A stretch of DNA of 64,000 nucleotides from Actinomycetota bacterium (GTDB taxonomy: Bacteria; Actinomycetota; UBA4738; CALAEC01). The position numbers and the translations under genes are program-made. The stretch lies in contig JBQGDK010000144.1 in assembly GCA_052039025.1 (NCBI GenBank), forward strand, positions 1,069 to 65,068, read 5' to 3'. Positions 62,180-64,000 of this stretch are shown here, one piece after another (position 1 is the first letter of the stretch; each line of letters starts with the position of its first letter). A model generated the notes under the pieces. That model was not told the origin of the DNA and ran no database searches. It was given only the letters and a program-made list of their open reading frames with translations.

Positions 62180-64000
62180 GTGCGCTTCGCCGCCCGGCCG
62201 GTCGGGCCCGAGTGGTTCGACGACAACGTGCCCTGCACCCGGGCCTGCCCCGTCCTCACGGAGGCCGGGCGGTACGTGAGCGCCATCGCCACGGGGGACG
62301 ACCGCCTGGCTTACGTGACGGCCCGGCTGCCGAACCCGTTCCCCTCGATCTGCGGCCGGGTGTGCGCCGCGCCCTGCGAGCTGGCCTGCCGCCGGGGATC
62401 GATCGATGAGCCGATCGCCATCCGCGCGCTGAAGCGGTTCGCCTGCGAGCACTCGGGGGTGGAGAGCGACCTCGGCGACCGGGTGTGGCTGGAGGCGGTG
62501 GAACGGATGCCCCCCCGCGACGAGCGGGTGGCCGTGGTGGGCGCCGGCCCCGCGGGCCTGGCCTGCGCCCACGACCTGGCCGCGTACGGCTTCAAGCCCG
62601 TCGTCTTCGAGGCGCACGACCGGCCGGGGGGGATGATGGTCCTGGGCATCCCCCGCTACCGCCTGCGCAGGGACATCCTGGAGGACGAGATCCGGGCGAT
62701 CCTGGACCTGGGCGTGGAGCTGCGCACGGGGGTGCGCCTGGGAGAGGACTTCACGCTCTCCTCCCTCCGGGATGAGGGCTTCGCGGCCACGTTCGTGGCC
62801 GTCGGCGCGACGCGGTCGCGGGATCTCACCATCCCCGGGGTCGAGCTGGACGGGGTGCTCCGGGCGGTGGAGTTCTTGATCAACGTGAACCTCGGCTACC
62901 GCGTGGAGCTGGGGGACCGGGTGGTGGTGATCGGCGGGGGGAACGTGGCCCTGGATGCGGCCCGCACGGCCCTCCGGGAGATCGCCCTCGGCCACCGGCC
63001 TGGCGCCCCGGCCGGCCCGGCGGATGATGGTGTCCAGGCCGCGGCGAAGATCACGTTCGACGCCGCCCGGGCCGCGGTGCGCATGGGGGCTCGGGAGGTC
63101 CGGGTGGTGGCGCTGGAGGCGGCTCACGAGATGCCCTCCACGGAGTTCGAGATCGAGGAGGCCCGGACCGAGGGCATCGCCATCATGCACCGCCTCGGGC
63201 CGAAGCGGATCCTGGGGGAACGGAGCGTGGAGGGGCTGGAGACGCTGGCGGTGTCCTCCGCCTTCGACCCCGACGGCCGGTTCAACCCACGCTTCGTGGA
63301 AGGCACGGAGTCCGCCATCCCCTGTGACTCCGTGATCCTGGCCATCGGCCAGACCTCGGACCTGTCCTGGGTGGACCCCGCCGACGGCGTGGAGGCCACG
63401 CCCCGGGGGACCGTGGCCGTGGACCCCGAGACCCTGGCCACCTCCGCCCCCGGCGTCTACGCGGGCGGCGACGTGGCGTTCGGGCCCAGGAACCTGATCG
63501 ACGCCATCGGCGATGGGAGACGGGCGGCGGCCTCGATCTTCCGACTGCTGGGTGGCGAGCGGCCCTCTCGCTCCCGGGTCCGGCGAGCCCTTCCCATCGT
63601 CTCCATCAACCGGCCGGTCCTCGACTGGGACGCCGTGCCGCGGGTGGAGGTCCCCTCCGTCCCCTCGGGCCGGAGGATCGGCGCCCCGGAGCTGGAGCTG
63701 GGCTACACTGAGGAGCAGGCTCGCACTGAGGCCGCCCGGTGCCTTCAGTGCTTCCTGAACATCTCGCTGGACGTGGACCTGTGCATCCTGTGCGGAGGCT
63801 GCGTCGACATCTGCCCGGAGCACTGCCTCCGGATCGTCCCCACGGAGGACGCGGAAGGTGTCGACACCCCCGGCCCGGCCGGCGCCCTAGTCCTCCAGGA
63901 GGACGTGTGCATCCGCTGCGCGCTGTGCATCGAGCGCTGCCCGACCGACGCCCTGTCCATGCTGGAGTGGAAGGAGGCGTCCCTGGGCGAACGCGAGCTC
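62180..64000 (+). CDS. GltD-like FAD/NAD(P)-dependent oxidoreductase with Fe-S cluster motifs (glutamate synthase small-subunit / PreT-like), 3' partial
   Basis: GTG after the upstream TAG; N-terminal Cys cluster (CxxxC...C), VAVVGAGPAGLACA dinucleotide fold, VVVIGGGNVALDAAR, C-terminal CILCGGCVDICP and CIRCALCIERCP ferredoxin motifs; the frame is open to the window end and absent from the ORF track. Confidence 0.7.
   Translation, partial: MRFAARPVGPEWFDDNVPCTRACPVLTEAGRYVSAIATGDDRLAYVTARLPNPFPSICGRVCAAPCELACRRGSIDEPIAIRALKRFACEHSGVESDLGDRVWLEAVERMPPRDERVAVVGAGPAGLACAHDLAAYGFKPVVFEAHDRPGGMMVLGIPRYRLRRDILEDEIRAILDLGVELRTGVRLGEDFTLSSLRDEGFAATFVAVGATRSRDLTIPGVELDGVLRAVEFLINVNLGYRVELGDRVVVIGGGNVALDAARTALREIALGHRPGAPAGPADDGVQAAAKITFDAARAAVRMGAREVRVVALEAAHEMPSTEFEIEEARTEGIAIMHRLGPKRILGERSVEGLETLAVSSAFDPDGRFNPRFVEGTESAIPCDSVILAIGQTSDLSWVDPADGVEATPRGTVAVDPETLATSAPGVYAGGDVAFGPRNLIDAIGDGRRAAASIFRLLGGERPSRSRVRRALPIVSINRPVLDWDAVPRVEVPSVPSGRRIGAPELELGYTEEQARTEAARCLQCFLNISLDVDLCILCGGCVDICPEHCLRIVPTEDAEGVDTPGPAGALVLQEDVCIRCALCIERCPTDALSMLEWKEASLGEREL

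Overview
This is a 64 kb, ~70% GC window with dense coding and many ATGA/GTGA start-stop overlaps, consistent with an Actinomycetota-like chromosome (taxon not established). I see no rRNA, no CRISPR array and no intact tRNA. It reads as a mosaic accessory region. Four copies of a ~40-nt tRNA 3'-end-like block (T-arm plus acceptor 3' strand, minus orientation) sit at ~2.75, 16.47, 30.41 and 58.6 kb, roughly every 14 kb or a multiple of it. The third copy lies directly beside a decayed tyrosine integrase. I interpret these as att-site relics of serially integrated elements. Cargo between them, in order: CoA-binding protein tail, YbjQ, SDR, ECF sigma factor | secreted hypothetical, SRPBCC, adenosine deaminase, NagZ, a holin-like gene plus PGRP amidase, a patatin-like phospholipase / hypothetical / MBL-fold three-gene operon (candidate uncharacterised defence or effector system), a transposase relic, a trypsin-like protease with a free-standing paralog of its N-domain | a membrane protein, ABC-2 exporter, DUF4097, an RHH protein, kdpFABC with a split kdpD (KdpD-N/Usp fused into the operon; a separate TM-GAF histidine kinase and kdpE divergent) | a DUF318 permease pair, a large copper island (two P1B ATPases, two CsoR, Csp-like four-helix bundle, cupredoxins, Met-rich protein), type II GAPDH, beta-PGM plus GH65 phosphorylase, Usp, thioesterase relics, a TlpA/CcdA/Grx thiol-redox set with a two-component system, and an ABC(YHS)-FtsX-FtsX-PDDEXK-CsoR operon | an adenylate cyclase relic, three cupredoxin lipoproteins, NirK-type nitrite reductase, and a GltD-like oxidoreductase running off the window end. 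Coordinates for starts are my best reading of start codons and RBS; many starts are GTG.
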